DNA of 64,000 bases from Candidatus Heimdallarchaeota archaeon (GTDB lineage: Archaea > Asgardarchaeota > Heimdallarchaeia > Hodarchaeales > Hodarchaeaceae): contig RDOB01000002.1 in NCBI GenBank assembly GCA_011364965.1, forward strand, positions 96,001-160,000, in the 5' to 3' direction. A model generated the notes under the pieces. That model saw only the letters and a list, made by a program, of their open reading frames with translations, was not told where the DNA came from and made no database searches. Positions 22,901-30,027 of this stretch are shown here, piece after piece; within the stretch, counting starts at the first letter, position 1; every line of letters starts with the position of its first letter. A program made the translations under genes and the position numbers.

Positions 22901-23881
22901 AAAGATGCATTGACCTCCTCACTAGCCTATTATACGCGTCTTCCTCCTGAATATGTTATCCCTTTGGCGTTAAATGGAGTCACATCTGTAGCTCGTCTGA
23001 TTAGAACAGAATACTCTCAAATTGAGAATCCTATAAATATCACAAATGAAAAATATAGTGCAGCAAGAGAAACAGTCAATCTAATTGATATAATTACCCA
23101 TAAGAAAAGTGATTCTGAATTTAGAGTTCGGTTATCATCTCTTAAAGCCTTTACTTCAAAACAGCTTGAACAGATTCAGAAACTTGGCTATGATAATGTG
23201 ATAGACCTTTATTTCATGCTTGATACCGAACAGGTACCTAAGTCTTTAGTAGGGTCAATCGAATCAACAAAAACAGTTTTAGAAAAACCCCTAGCTCTAC
23301 TTCCCTCGGTTCAAGAGGCATTTCCTCAAAAGATACCTCTTCTTCACAATGCTGGAATAACCTCGATAATTGAATTCTTATTCTGGCCAAAAGACGAATT
23401 GGCTGAGCTTCTTGAAATAAAACGATATGAATTGTCGCGCTATAGAAAAATCGACATTGGAGCTCTTAGGAGAAAGAGAAACTTGGGAACACCAATAGAA
23501 AACTTCCCAAGAATTCCAGAAGAGCTTATTGAGACTTTTAAACAGATAGGAGTAGATAATATAGAAGATTTATATTTTCTTTTTACAAAATATCCTAATT
23601 TAATACCAGATGATGTTATCCCAAGAAAAATCATAACTACATGTATCAATGACCTCGAGAGCCCCGTTGTTAAATTACATGGACTACCCATACCAGTGGC
23701 ACAAGAATTAGTAAAAAAAGGGATCACTAGAATCATTGATTTCTTATATTGGCCTATGGACGACCTAAAACCTGTTTATGGTTTATCAGAGGCGAAAATT
23801 AAAAAAATAAAGGACTCAATTAGATTGAGGGAGAAATCTGACGTTGTTGGTAGACTAGACTCTTACATGAGGCAGGATTGA
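16937..23881 (+). CDS. top6B: DNA topoisomerase VI subunit B with a ~1750-aa C-terminal array of HhH-like repeats
   Basis: GHKL motifs RELVENGLDA, DNGSG, QSRGRFGLG and GTEV; H2TH (FQGIGKKTA); transducer RYANRIPLLF and PFPETSKEYIA; then about 28 LxxxGIxTIxDL repeats. Confidence 0.95.
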   Translation: MMTDAVKSSKKGKITKEKVVKRSAADFFQDNKAIAGFDNTMRVVFTSVRELVENGLDAAERIGKLPELIITISRLKKEEIAKLLNVSSFDSSEKLDFIRLTVRDNGSGVQSEFVPPLFGRVLTGSNYGARQSRGRFGLGAKMVLLNAMSSVDLPLIVKSKHMNEDFTSYHEIMINLAENEPIILLKREIPQETPEAIPESGTEVSVTFTGSWNLASRWIREYFSQLSLITPYARILVTYPDSESPEEMPRVVEDMPGYPQIAKVHPWGTDITQFKREIAVTKSPTVEEFLQDHFQGIGKKTAQEFLEYVKIDNTKSPHDLSASDIRRIVHEGFVMPDSDPKKRRDQKYFPFKRPSGDSLSPLSAELLAKGIQKELDPQFVRSATGDISAYSGHPFIVEAALAYGGPILSKEEGSKSGTPRIYRYANRIPLLFGAGNDIITKCVQKMNWRNYKININKAPIAIVVSVVSSKIPFPETSKEYIADVDELRKEIYKVLKKLARGLGTHLGKAERERREKQRQSRFESAAPKVIDNLSKILETTDTPFLLKSPEEIAKLEKALASAETKLIRRKYPPSPAISSIGEWLPMTTYATLVENGIQTIYQFLRAPNVELMSITGLSEKRVAEIKRLTVTSQNRATQSPSLREFEIFDKRLENDFNKYLEAPRIHRALTKRWLVSALDLFATPITQLRMVESLAEKLIYESKIQMINTLIAESTIPEIEFDTLPWMTNDLQKSLKSAKIHTLFEYLASFPEKLADLPYLNEILIEKIKQEIREGIKQGYIDGEKVIGAATFEWMDYRVTPRLRGRKVSKIIEFLETSNEKLSELSELTENLINKSKDEIKPHLARFNDENSLNTLPGINETMKADFMRVEVIGFIDYLSKPNSELVFVRGLVDNLIIQKQDEIMDQVSQQHELFPIKHAWWLDRELENKLKSIGINSVFDFVRYPTQQLAEIKNLDYQTLETIKNTYGTPIPLINDQDKVKLDNQQIICLEELEFIDDFSKIKPEELSKKLKDLMIYIQAPICYLPIPSKFYQILHHLGVSQIFDFLIWPDHDLHHKGGLPYKLIEEIKSEISLDMIQDLIKSKSVLVSAISNNLDSKLLDKIPADFTLQELYYRLPYADDRLANLQLSKTEIETLIDIFLTPISRIPSIKPKFINKLRNISINTFIDLITWEREVIAKIIGRDEKYIQSIFENFEQFTSGKPLFNLGVFNQTEIKALISQGFKTVEDLYFRANHETFGTMGVKWKKIERYQRILETPVAMLQTRSEQGKISHDALERLADNGIDQIIKLVYWPENELQSILKIPEKRIIELKDSIAIKEHGMPLTKVCGYNKKTLNTLLSYGIETIEDLYFSASEDMVDEDDDIEWDYVKQAIEALDIPISFLDGIIATKYIEKLQGKKIDTIIRFLITSEEELSEILGTPIDNVENLRQKINLIRFRESTETSISILEGLTRKQLRVLSEENISSIYDFIIANDESLASILEMDLEQVSSMKNNLNYDSIRIIKEEKMVPLVKISLFDKRIVKQLARMGIESLADLYYVATPKTFEESSISWQMIQDARAILDLPIEIIPEITKKEINTLKKAKIKIIFDLLMESPEELFKRTNIDAETIESLQNSIIIDELITILKRLSVDKFNFPKEYFAEIKKNKLDSAYDLISYENEDLFLSQEGKKKVRIDKNSWVDVSSILSIPLRLFMNFENEIMKGLKRKRIINLRDAYAASEEKFDGLFEDGGLDFLETLRVLDFKEIRDFLRISICFTPHISPEWLFSLINNSIYTIEDILSCELRDLTKILNSSLPRTRNFIKEISMNSTLKCLEEELIPLDKLSSIFSSEIITKLESIGYNSLQDFIIRITDATDIDGVSDVLKILNSPVNRLSDDIPLSEIRKLSQQGISTIRDWLIVQNSVISDIIDIEKDIIYELKRSFDFKSISEVSDVETSLNDYIEKGYIDFDELNKLGIRTIEDLQFIEIDTLSASEEFLSRIRSLKDALTSSLAYYTRLPPEYVIPLALNGVTSVARLIRTEYSQIENPINITNEKYSAARETVNLIDIITHKKSDSEFRVRLSSLKAFTSKQLEQIQKLGYDNVIDLYFMLDTEQVPKSLVGSIESTKTVLEKPLALLPSVQEAFPQKIPLLHNAGITSIIEFLFWPKDELAELLEIKRYELSRYRKIDIGALRRKRNLGTPIENFPRIPEELIETFKQIGVDNIEDLYFLFTKYPNLIPDDVIPRKIITTCINDLESPVVKLHGLPIPVAQELVKKGITRIIDFLYWPMDDLKPVYGLSEAKIKKIKDSIRLREKSDVVGRLDSYMRQD
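18650..23820 (+). repeat. Protein-level tandem array of about 28 degenerate ~55-70 aa HhH-like units in Top6B
   Basis: Recurring [P/S]-hydrophobic start, L-x-x-x-G/K-I-x-[TS]-I-x-[DE]-[LF] core, e.g. ENGIQTIYQFL, SIGINSVFDFV, SQGFKTVEDLY, SYGIETIEDLY, KLGIRTIEDLQ, NAGITSIIEFL, KKGITRIIDFL. Confidence 0.85.
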
Positions 23882-25296
23882 ATAGTATGACTGAAGTACA
23901 AAGAATACCAATTCAATTAGAAGATTATGCTTTTACTGAACAGTTAAAAAAAATCCTTGTTCCAAAAGATGAATCTTTGAAGGGTATAAAGCAAATAGTT
24001 CAAACTGAGTTGAATCTTAAAAGAACGAAATATATCCTATTTTTTGGAGCAAAAAAAGGAAAAAATTTTCAGGAACTTACTAATAAGGATATGAGTCTAT
24101 TTTGGGAGCTAGCAGAGGCTAAAAATGTCGTCATTCGAGTTCGTAAGCTAGTAGATTTGTCAAAGGTCAAGAAATTAAGAGAAAATGCAGTTCAAGAATT
24201 AATTGATCTTCCAGTTTCTGTTTTAAAAGTTGATAATGTTACTCCACGAGAAACTAAAGCCAGATTGATAGATGTTGCTAAAACTTTTTTAGCAGAAATC
24301 GCAGAGGATCCAAAAAGCGCAGCTTTTCGCATTCCTTCACGGAGTTCTGAAAACGTTGGTTATGATGACACCTCAAAAATGGTTTTGCTTGGGTCTCAAG
24401 TTGTTGATCGGCAATTTCGTCATCTTAGTAGTGTTCAGAGCGTTGTACAACTAACAGGATTGATGCGTTATATTATAGAAATTTTGGAGACTGAAAAGCA
24501 TGCTACAAAACGACATCTTTTTTATCGTGATGTGAATCTTTTCAGTAATCAACGAGTTTCTGATAGCTTGATTGAGGATTTAGGGGCATTACTTCGTGTT
24601 TCACGTAATTCAATGAATGTAATTGCCTCTGCAAAAGGAAAAGTAATTGGTCGACTTTCATTTACCGAAGGTGGGGATCGTATTGATTGTACTCAAGGTT
24701 TAGGAGGTCATGCAATTACTCCAATGCTAGATCAAGTAGAGGATTTTGAGAGTGATGCTGAATTTGTTTTGGTCATAGAAAAAGATGCTGTCTTCCAAGA
24801 TCTTGCGGAAGACAAATTTTTTAATTATTTGCCTAGTATTCTAATAACTGCATCAGGACAACCAGATATGGCCACTAGAATGTTTATAAAACAAATTTAT
24901 GAAACCCTACAATTGCCAATACTAGGTTTTCTTGATGCTGATCCCTATGGATTAGATATATTGCGTGTATATTCAATTGGAAGTAAAGCTTTGAGTTTTG
25001 AAAGTGTTGAATTAGCAGTACCTGACATTCGATGGCTAGGTCTGCTTCCTTCAGATATCAAAGAGTATGCAATACCAAAATCTGTCTTGATTAAAATGAC
25101 TGAAAATGACATGAAACGAGCTGATGATCTATTGCAAGAAGATTTCGTCAAGTCTCGTCCACAATGGCAAGAACAAATTGAAATAATGAAAGTAACTGGG
25201 ATGAAAGCCGAGATACAAGCCTTAGCAAGTAAGAATTGGAGATATATGACAGAATCTTACCTACCATCAAAGATTGATGGTGGAAATTTCATATAA
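23878..25296 (+). CDS. top6A: DNA topoisomerase VI subunit A (Spo11 family) with N-terminal extension; start may be ATG 23887
   Basis: Catalytic Tyr region TKRHLFYRD; TOPRIM VIEKDAVF and DADPYG; GQPD; KAEIQAL. Confidence 0.95.
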   Translation: MNSMTEVQRIPIQLEDYAFTEQLKKILVPKDESLKGIKQIVQTELNLKRTKYILFFGAKKGKNFQELTNKDMSLFWELAEAKNVVIRVRKLVDLSKVKKLRENAVQELIDLPVSVLKVDNVTPRETKARLIDVAKTFLAEIAEDPKSAAFRIPSRSSENVGYDDTSKMVLLGSQVVDRQFRHLSSVQSVVQLTGLMRYIIEILETEKHATKRHLFYRDVNLFSNQRVSDSLIEDLGALLRVSRNSMNVIASAKGKVIGRLSFTEGGDRIDCTQGLGGHAITPMLDQVEDFESDAEFVLVIEKDAVFQDLAEDKFFNYLPSILITASGQPDMATRMFIKQIYETLQLPILGFLDADPYGLDILRVYSIGSKALSFESVELAVPDIRWLGLLPSDIKEYAIPKSVLIKMTENDMKRADDLLQEDFVKSRPQWQEQIEIMKVTGMKAEIQALASKNWRYMTESYLPSKIDGGNFI

Positions 25297-25521
25297 TCAA
25301 GCTGAGGAAGGAAATATCCTCTAAGTCTCGATTTATAAAAAAGATTACTATTGAATAGAAAAAAAATGGCATTAAAATTACCTAGATTCACTTTAAAATC
25401 TCATTATTCATTTTTTGAATGAATCGGAGAGGTTAGGAAATTTTCCTAAATCAATCAATTTTAAGTAAGTAATATCTAAAACTCCTTTCACTCCCAATCA
25501 ATCCCGAATTGAGAATTTTTT

Positions 25522-26193
25522 ATGTTGAAAATCTCTTCCTTAATTTTTCCAGATTATAAAGATCAAATTGATAGAGATTTTTTACGTAATAAGTTAAATC
25601 TCGTACAAAATATCATTTTTTCATCAAAGGGGAAAAATTTAAGCGATAAAGATATTCAACAGATTAAATTAAAACTAGGACCGAAGATGGGTGATTCAAA
25701 TCTTTATAAAGGTGGATCAAGTGTTCTTTTTGGATGGAGTTTTGAATTTCCAATTATAGGAAGGGTCATTATTAAGCCTTATTACAAACGCGAGCTCTCT
25801 CATTTGATTATTCACTATTTGACATCCTTAGATTGTATAAAAGATATCAAGGAATTTGCTTTCACCTTAGGGGGAGTTAGATATGAGTTAGCAATACCAG
25901 AAGTTATAGGTTTGGCGAGAATTGAGAACCTATCTTATAATTATCCTGTTCTTCTTACACGAGAGATTTTGGGAAAATCTATTCTCACATATACCCCAAT
26001 TATTACTAAAATAAGTAGTGTGATTCGAGATGTTGCACGAAAAGGAATTATTTGCGATCCATATCCTGCTAATTGGAAAATACGTTCAGAGAATAGGATA
26101 TGGAAGATTTATTATGTTGATTTATTGAGTTCCAATGCTTTAAGTGATATTCATTCACGAATTGCTCAATTAATAGAGGAGCTTGGAGAATAA
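25522..26193 (+). CDS. Protein kinase-like fold protein
   Basis: KGGSSVLF (Gly loop), VIIK, IPEV, REILG, catalytic-loop-like DPYPAN and YYVD. Confidence 0.55.
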   Translation: MLKISSLIFPDYKDQIDRDFLRNKLNLVQNIIFSSKGKNLSDKDIQQIKLKLGPKMGDSNLYKGGSSVLFGWSFEFPIIGRVIIKPYYKRELSHLIIHYLTSLDCIKDIKEFAFTLGGVRYELAIPEVIGLARIENLSYNYPVLLTREILGKSILTYTPIITKISSVIRDVARKGIICDPYPANWKIRSENRIWKIYYVDLLSSNALSDIHSRIAQLIEELGE

Positions 26194-26209
26194 ATCATAA
26201 GGGAATTAG

Positions 26210-26782
26210 TTAGCGCTGATCTCTGTAATATACGGCTCTTCTAATTGCTGAAGCAAATGCAGTTCCAACTCCTTGTGAGGTGACTGCAGATGTTGAGAAA
26301 TATGTAGCTTGCATTTTATCTGCGAATTTTAATCCAATATCATCACTAACTTTCCGTAAGTTTGATAAATCAATTTTATTACCTATGAGAACAGCTGGAG
26401 TATCAGGCAGTGTTTTTTTTACTTCTTTTACCCAACTTGGCAGAGATAATACAGTGTCTTCGCGAGTAACGTCAAATACATAGATAATGGCATGAGCACC
26501 TTCATAAAATAGTGGACGGACTTTATCAAACGCTGGTTGACCTGAAAGATCCCAAAAAATAGCTGTTGTCGTTTTCTCTATATCTTTTGCCGTACGTAAC
26601 TTGATAAATGAGATATCTGCTCCAGCAGTAGGTTTATGTTCGAAATTTCTATTTGTGAAAACAGAAACCAACTGAGTTTTACCAACCAAGGCATCCCCAG
26701 CAACTACTATTTTATATTGAGTGTAATGCGGAATTTCAAAAAGAATATCATCAGCTGACATGATTTGTGAATCTCCAGACAC
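26210..26782 (-). CDS. Rab-like small GTPase
   Basis: Motifs GDALVGKT, PTAG, WDLSGQ, FYEGA, NKID and TSA. Confidence 0.9.
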   Translation of the reverse strand: MSGDSQIMSADDILFEIPHYTQYKIVVAGDALVGKTQLVSVFTNRNFEHKPTAGADISFIKLRTAKDIEKTTTAIFWDLSGQPAFDKVRPLFYEGAHAIIYVFDVTREDTVLSLPSWVKEVKKTLPDTPAVLIGNKIDLSNLRKVSDDIGLKFADKMQATYFSTSAVTSQGVGTAFASAIRRAVYYRDQR

Positions 26783-27035
26783 TTTGTATGTTTCTTAGTG
26801 TAAGAAGTCAAAAAACAACAGTTTTGTACTAGTAAAGTCGGGAGTCTTAAAATACTAACTATTCCAAATTGATGAAGAAGCAAGTTTGTGTACATAGAAT
26901 TAGCGTTGTATCTTTTTTTCTTTTATAAGTACTTCTTTTAAATGATTCACACAATAGTATTTTCCTTTGTAACTTGCATAAAATGGTTCATCGCATTTAC
27001 AACAGGATTTATCTAATTTCATAATATCCTCCCTC

Positions 27036-28244
27036 CTAGCGTGATTCCTTTCTGATAAAAATTCCCAATGCTTCATTAAATCTTTGCAATCCTGTCCTCA
27101 ACAGCTCAATTTTCTCCGTAAAACAAAGACGGATATATTCATTATGTTCTGAAAATTCAGGGATGGAAAAGTATGCGCCTGGTACTGTCAAAACTCCATA
27201 TTGATATTTAAACCACTTAGCAAAATCCGTCATATTAATATTAGGAACTCGAGGAAACAAATAAAAAGCTCCTTGCGGTTCTCTCACCTCAATATGAGGG
27301 TTTTCTTCTAGATATGATACACATTGGCTTTTTCTTTCCCTATAGGTTTGACAAGTCATTGTAATAGCCTCATCCATTTTTTGGGGGTCAGTTAGAGTTT
27401 TATATACTGCATATTGGGCAATTGAGCTTGCACAGATATTCATGGTGTGATGAATAACTTTAATTTGATCAATGAGTGGTTTTGGGGCTGCGATAAACCC
27501 AATTCTAAATCCACACATAGAAAGCATTTTACTGAAGCTCTGGATAATAATAGTCCTTTCGCGAGCTTCATTTACTTGAGACAGAGATTGATAGCTCTTT
27601 GCTGTATATACAATCTGATTATAAATTTCATCAGATATCAATAAAAAATCGAATTCACTGGCTAATTTTACTAATTCAAGTTGAGTTTTATGAGATGTTA
27701 GTACCCCAGTCGGATTTCCAGGGCTTATAATTAGCAGGGCTTTAATTTGTGTGTACTCTAATATCTCTTTGAGTTGTTTAAGGGGAATATCAAAATTATC
27801 AGCTAGTACAGTCTTCAAAGGGATTATCTTTGCTTTATTGTATTTTATTGCATTTATGTAGGGAGGGTAGCTTGGAAAAGGAATAACCACATTATCCCCA
27901 GGAGATAGAATCGCTTTCAATGATGCAAATATAGCACTTTGGCCTCCAGCAGTCACTAATATTTCATCTGGACTATACAATAAATTCTGTTTTCGTTTTA
28001 AAAATTCGCATATCGCTTCTCTCACTTGAAGCGAACCCATTGAATCAGTGTAGCGCGTTTGATTAAATCTTAACGCTTCTATGGTAGCTTCCTTAATAAA
28101 TTCTGGTGTATCTAAATCAGGTTGCCCTATATTCAGTTTAATTTGGGAAGATTGAGGTATTTTTGAGGGCCAATTATTTACTAATCTGATCCCAGAAATT
28201 GGAATATTTTTTACATTAGAATTCAAGTATTTTTCATAATCCAA
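27036..28244 (-). CDS. PLP-dependent aminotransferase class I/II (aspartate aminotransferase-like)
   Basis: Motifs GQPD, NPTG, SDEIY, SFSKMLSMCGFRIG and GAFYLF. Confidence 0.92.
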   Translation of the reverse strand: MDYEKYLNSNVKNIPISGIRLVNNWPSKIPQSSQIKLNIGQPDLDTPEFIKEATIEALRFNQTRYTDSMGSLQVREAICEFLKRKQNLLYSPDEILVTAGGQSAIFASLKAILSPGDNVVIPFPSYPPYINAIKYNKAKIIPLKTVLADNFDIPLKQLKEILEYTQIKALLIISPGNPTGVLTSHKTQLELVKLASEFDFLLISDEIYNQIVYTAKSYQSLSQVNEARERTIIIQSFSKMLSMCGFRIGFIAAPKPLIDQIKVIHHTMNICASSIAQYAVYKTLTDPQKMDEAITMTCQTYRERKSQCVSYLEENPHIEVREPQGAFYLFPRVPNINMTDFAKWFKYQYGVLTVPGAYFSIPEFSEHNEYIRLCFTEKIELLRTGLQRFNEALGIFIRKESR

Positions 28245-28357
28245 GGTTGAATAGCCTCTGGAGTGGCATAAATAATTAAGAAGATGATTAACTACTTACT
28301 TATCATGAGTTATATCAATATTGATTTTAGCAAAAAGGAAGAAGTAATAAGGAATTC

Positions 28358-29026
28358 CTAATCCCATAGAATTCCATCAAGAACAGAGGAAGCAATATTG
28401 ACTCCTAATTCCCCAAGAATAGAATACCCACTTTTCCCACCACCAATTTTTAGAAGCTTTTCATTCTCTGCGATGACAATTCCTTCAACAGGATCAATCA
28501 AAATTAGCTTTGATTCCCCTTTCCGAACTGCAATTTGTTTATCATATATCAAAACAATGTTATTTTCTGAACCAACAAGCAAAAATCTTCTTTTGCCGAA
28601 AATAATATATTTTGCATTAGAATCGTCTTCATCAAAATCTATAGACGCCTTCTTGTCTTTTAAAGTAGACTCCAACTTTGCTATCATAGCATTCGCTTCA
28701 TCATAGAGAAAATGTGTTTCTTCCTCTGTTGGATAATAGTTCATTATAGATTTGGTGATGTTCTCAACTGTAAGGCCAAAAATAACTAAATTTTTACCCG
28801 TAAACTCAACTGTGGTGCCCACATCCCCATGTGTGTTGCTGTAAATCAGAGCATCTACAATTACTTCAACTCTACCAAGAAGTATTACTCCAGTTAGGTC
28901 TTTATCAACGCGTACTTCAATTAGCTTAATTGATTCCTTTCCCTTGACCTTAAAATAAACCGTGGAGAGAATATCAGGAGTATCAATCCATTCATATATT
29001 TCCTCCCCTAGATGAATTCTTTTCAT
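28358..29026 (-). CDS. Hypothetical protein
   Basis: 222-aa ORF 5 bp downstream of the ArsR-like gene, probably co-transcribed. Confidence 0.7.
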   Translation of the reverse strand: MKRIHLGEEIYEWIDTPDILSTVYFKVKGKESIKLIEVRVDKDLTGVILLGRVEVIVDALIYSNTHGDVGTTVEFTGKNLVIFGLTVENITKSIMNYYPTEEETHFLYDEANAMIAKLESTLKDKKASIDFDEDDSNAKYIIFGKRRFLLVGSENNIVLIYDKQIAVRKGESKLILIDPVEGIVIAENEKLLKIGGGKSGYSILGELGVNIASSVLDGILWD

Positions 29027-29031
29027 TGGGA

Positions 29032-29817
29032 TTATTCCGCCTCTTCTGAATTTATATCTTCTTCTGATTTTGCATCCTCTTCGTCATCAATAATAACTGG
29101 AACCTGAAGTCGCCTTTTTCCTCGAATATAAAGAAATTCTACTAACTTTAATGCTTCACGTCCAGCAAAAGTTAACATATATCGTTCCCTGACTCCTTCT
29201 TGGCGAACTAATCCCTGTTCCATAAGGATAGTAATATGATGTTTAAAATTTCCGCCTTTTGTGTTTGTTCGGTCGGATAAATCCGATTGTCTTAAAGGTT
29301 CTTTCTCTAGTTCTTTAAGCATCCTTAATCGTGTTTGATCGGATAATGCAGCCATTATTGCAGACCCTTTATCATAGAAATCCTCAATCTCATCCTTTGA
29401 GATCTCATATGATTCCCTAGCTCTTCGCTCTGCTCTTCCTCGTCTTTTAGGAGGTGAGTGTTGAAAAATAGATCCAATTGATCGATCAATAGAATCTCCT
29501 ATAGAATCTGCGATACTTGTTACAAAATTCTCGATTGTTGTGCCAAAATTCTCACCCCAGTTATCCCATCCTTCATCATGATATTTTCGAGTTCGCTGAG
29601 CTCTTGGCTTTCTATGGGGAGAGGGACGCTCATAATCGAACTCTTTATGCATCTCATCCTTTATTTCATCAATTTCGTCTTTTAAGGTTCCAATTTCTTC
29701 TTTAACGGTACGCTTTAAATCACGAAGCATATCATTTAGATCAATGACCTCTTCTTCATCATCAGGTAAGTCATCATCTCTCTCATCTCTATCTTCGTCA
29801 AAATCCACCTTTAACAC
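29032..29817 (-). CDS. ArsR-family winged-HTH regulator with acidic N-terminal extension
   Basis: ALSDQTRLRMLKEL...GGNFKHHITILMEQGLV...RYMLTFAGREAL. Confidence 0.8.
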   Translation of the reverse strand: MLKVDFDEDRDERDDDLPDDEEEVIDLNDMLRDLKRTVKEEIGTLKDEIDEIKDEMHKEFDYERPSPHRKPRAQRTRKYHDEGWDNWGENFGTTIENFVTSIADSIGDSIDRSIGSIFQHSPPKRRGRAERRARESYEISKDEIEDFYDKGSAIMAALSDQTRLRMLKELEKEPLRQSDLSDRTNTKGGNFKHHITILMEQGLVRQEGVRERYMLTFAGREALKLVEFLYIRGKRRLQVPVIIDDEEDAKSEEDINSEEAE

Positions 29818-30027
29818 CTGTTTTATTAATCATTTAAGCAAAATGTAAATTTCTTACAACTGTAATTAAACTACAATTTTTTGTATTAAAAACTATTTGT
29901 TCGTGGCAAACGAATATAATTAAAATTAAGACCGTTAAAATTCGTTTCTCTTGTCATTTCTCAGATTAAATAACGATTTATTTATTAAAAGAGAAATTAT
30001 GACAATTTTCCCAGTTTTACCGTCTTA

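Noticed and set aside
17020-23736. Multiple short antisense or out-of-frame ORFs within top6B (and similar ones in gyrA, por, smc, uvrB, DUF499)
   Set aside because: These are shadow ORFs of strongly supported genes, with no recognisable motifs.
18650-23820. Top6B extension as an intein, or as a separate gene fused by frameshift
   Set aside because: It has no intein Cys/Ser...His-Asn ends or LAGLIDADG motifs and is C-terminal rather than internal. The frame is continuous, and top6A follows directly after the tail's stop.
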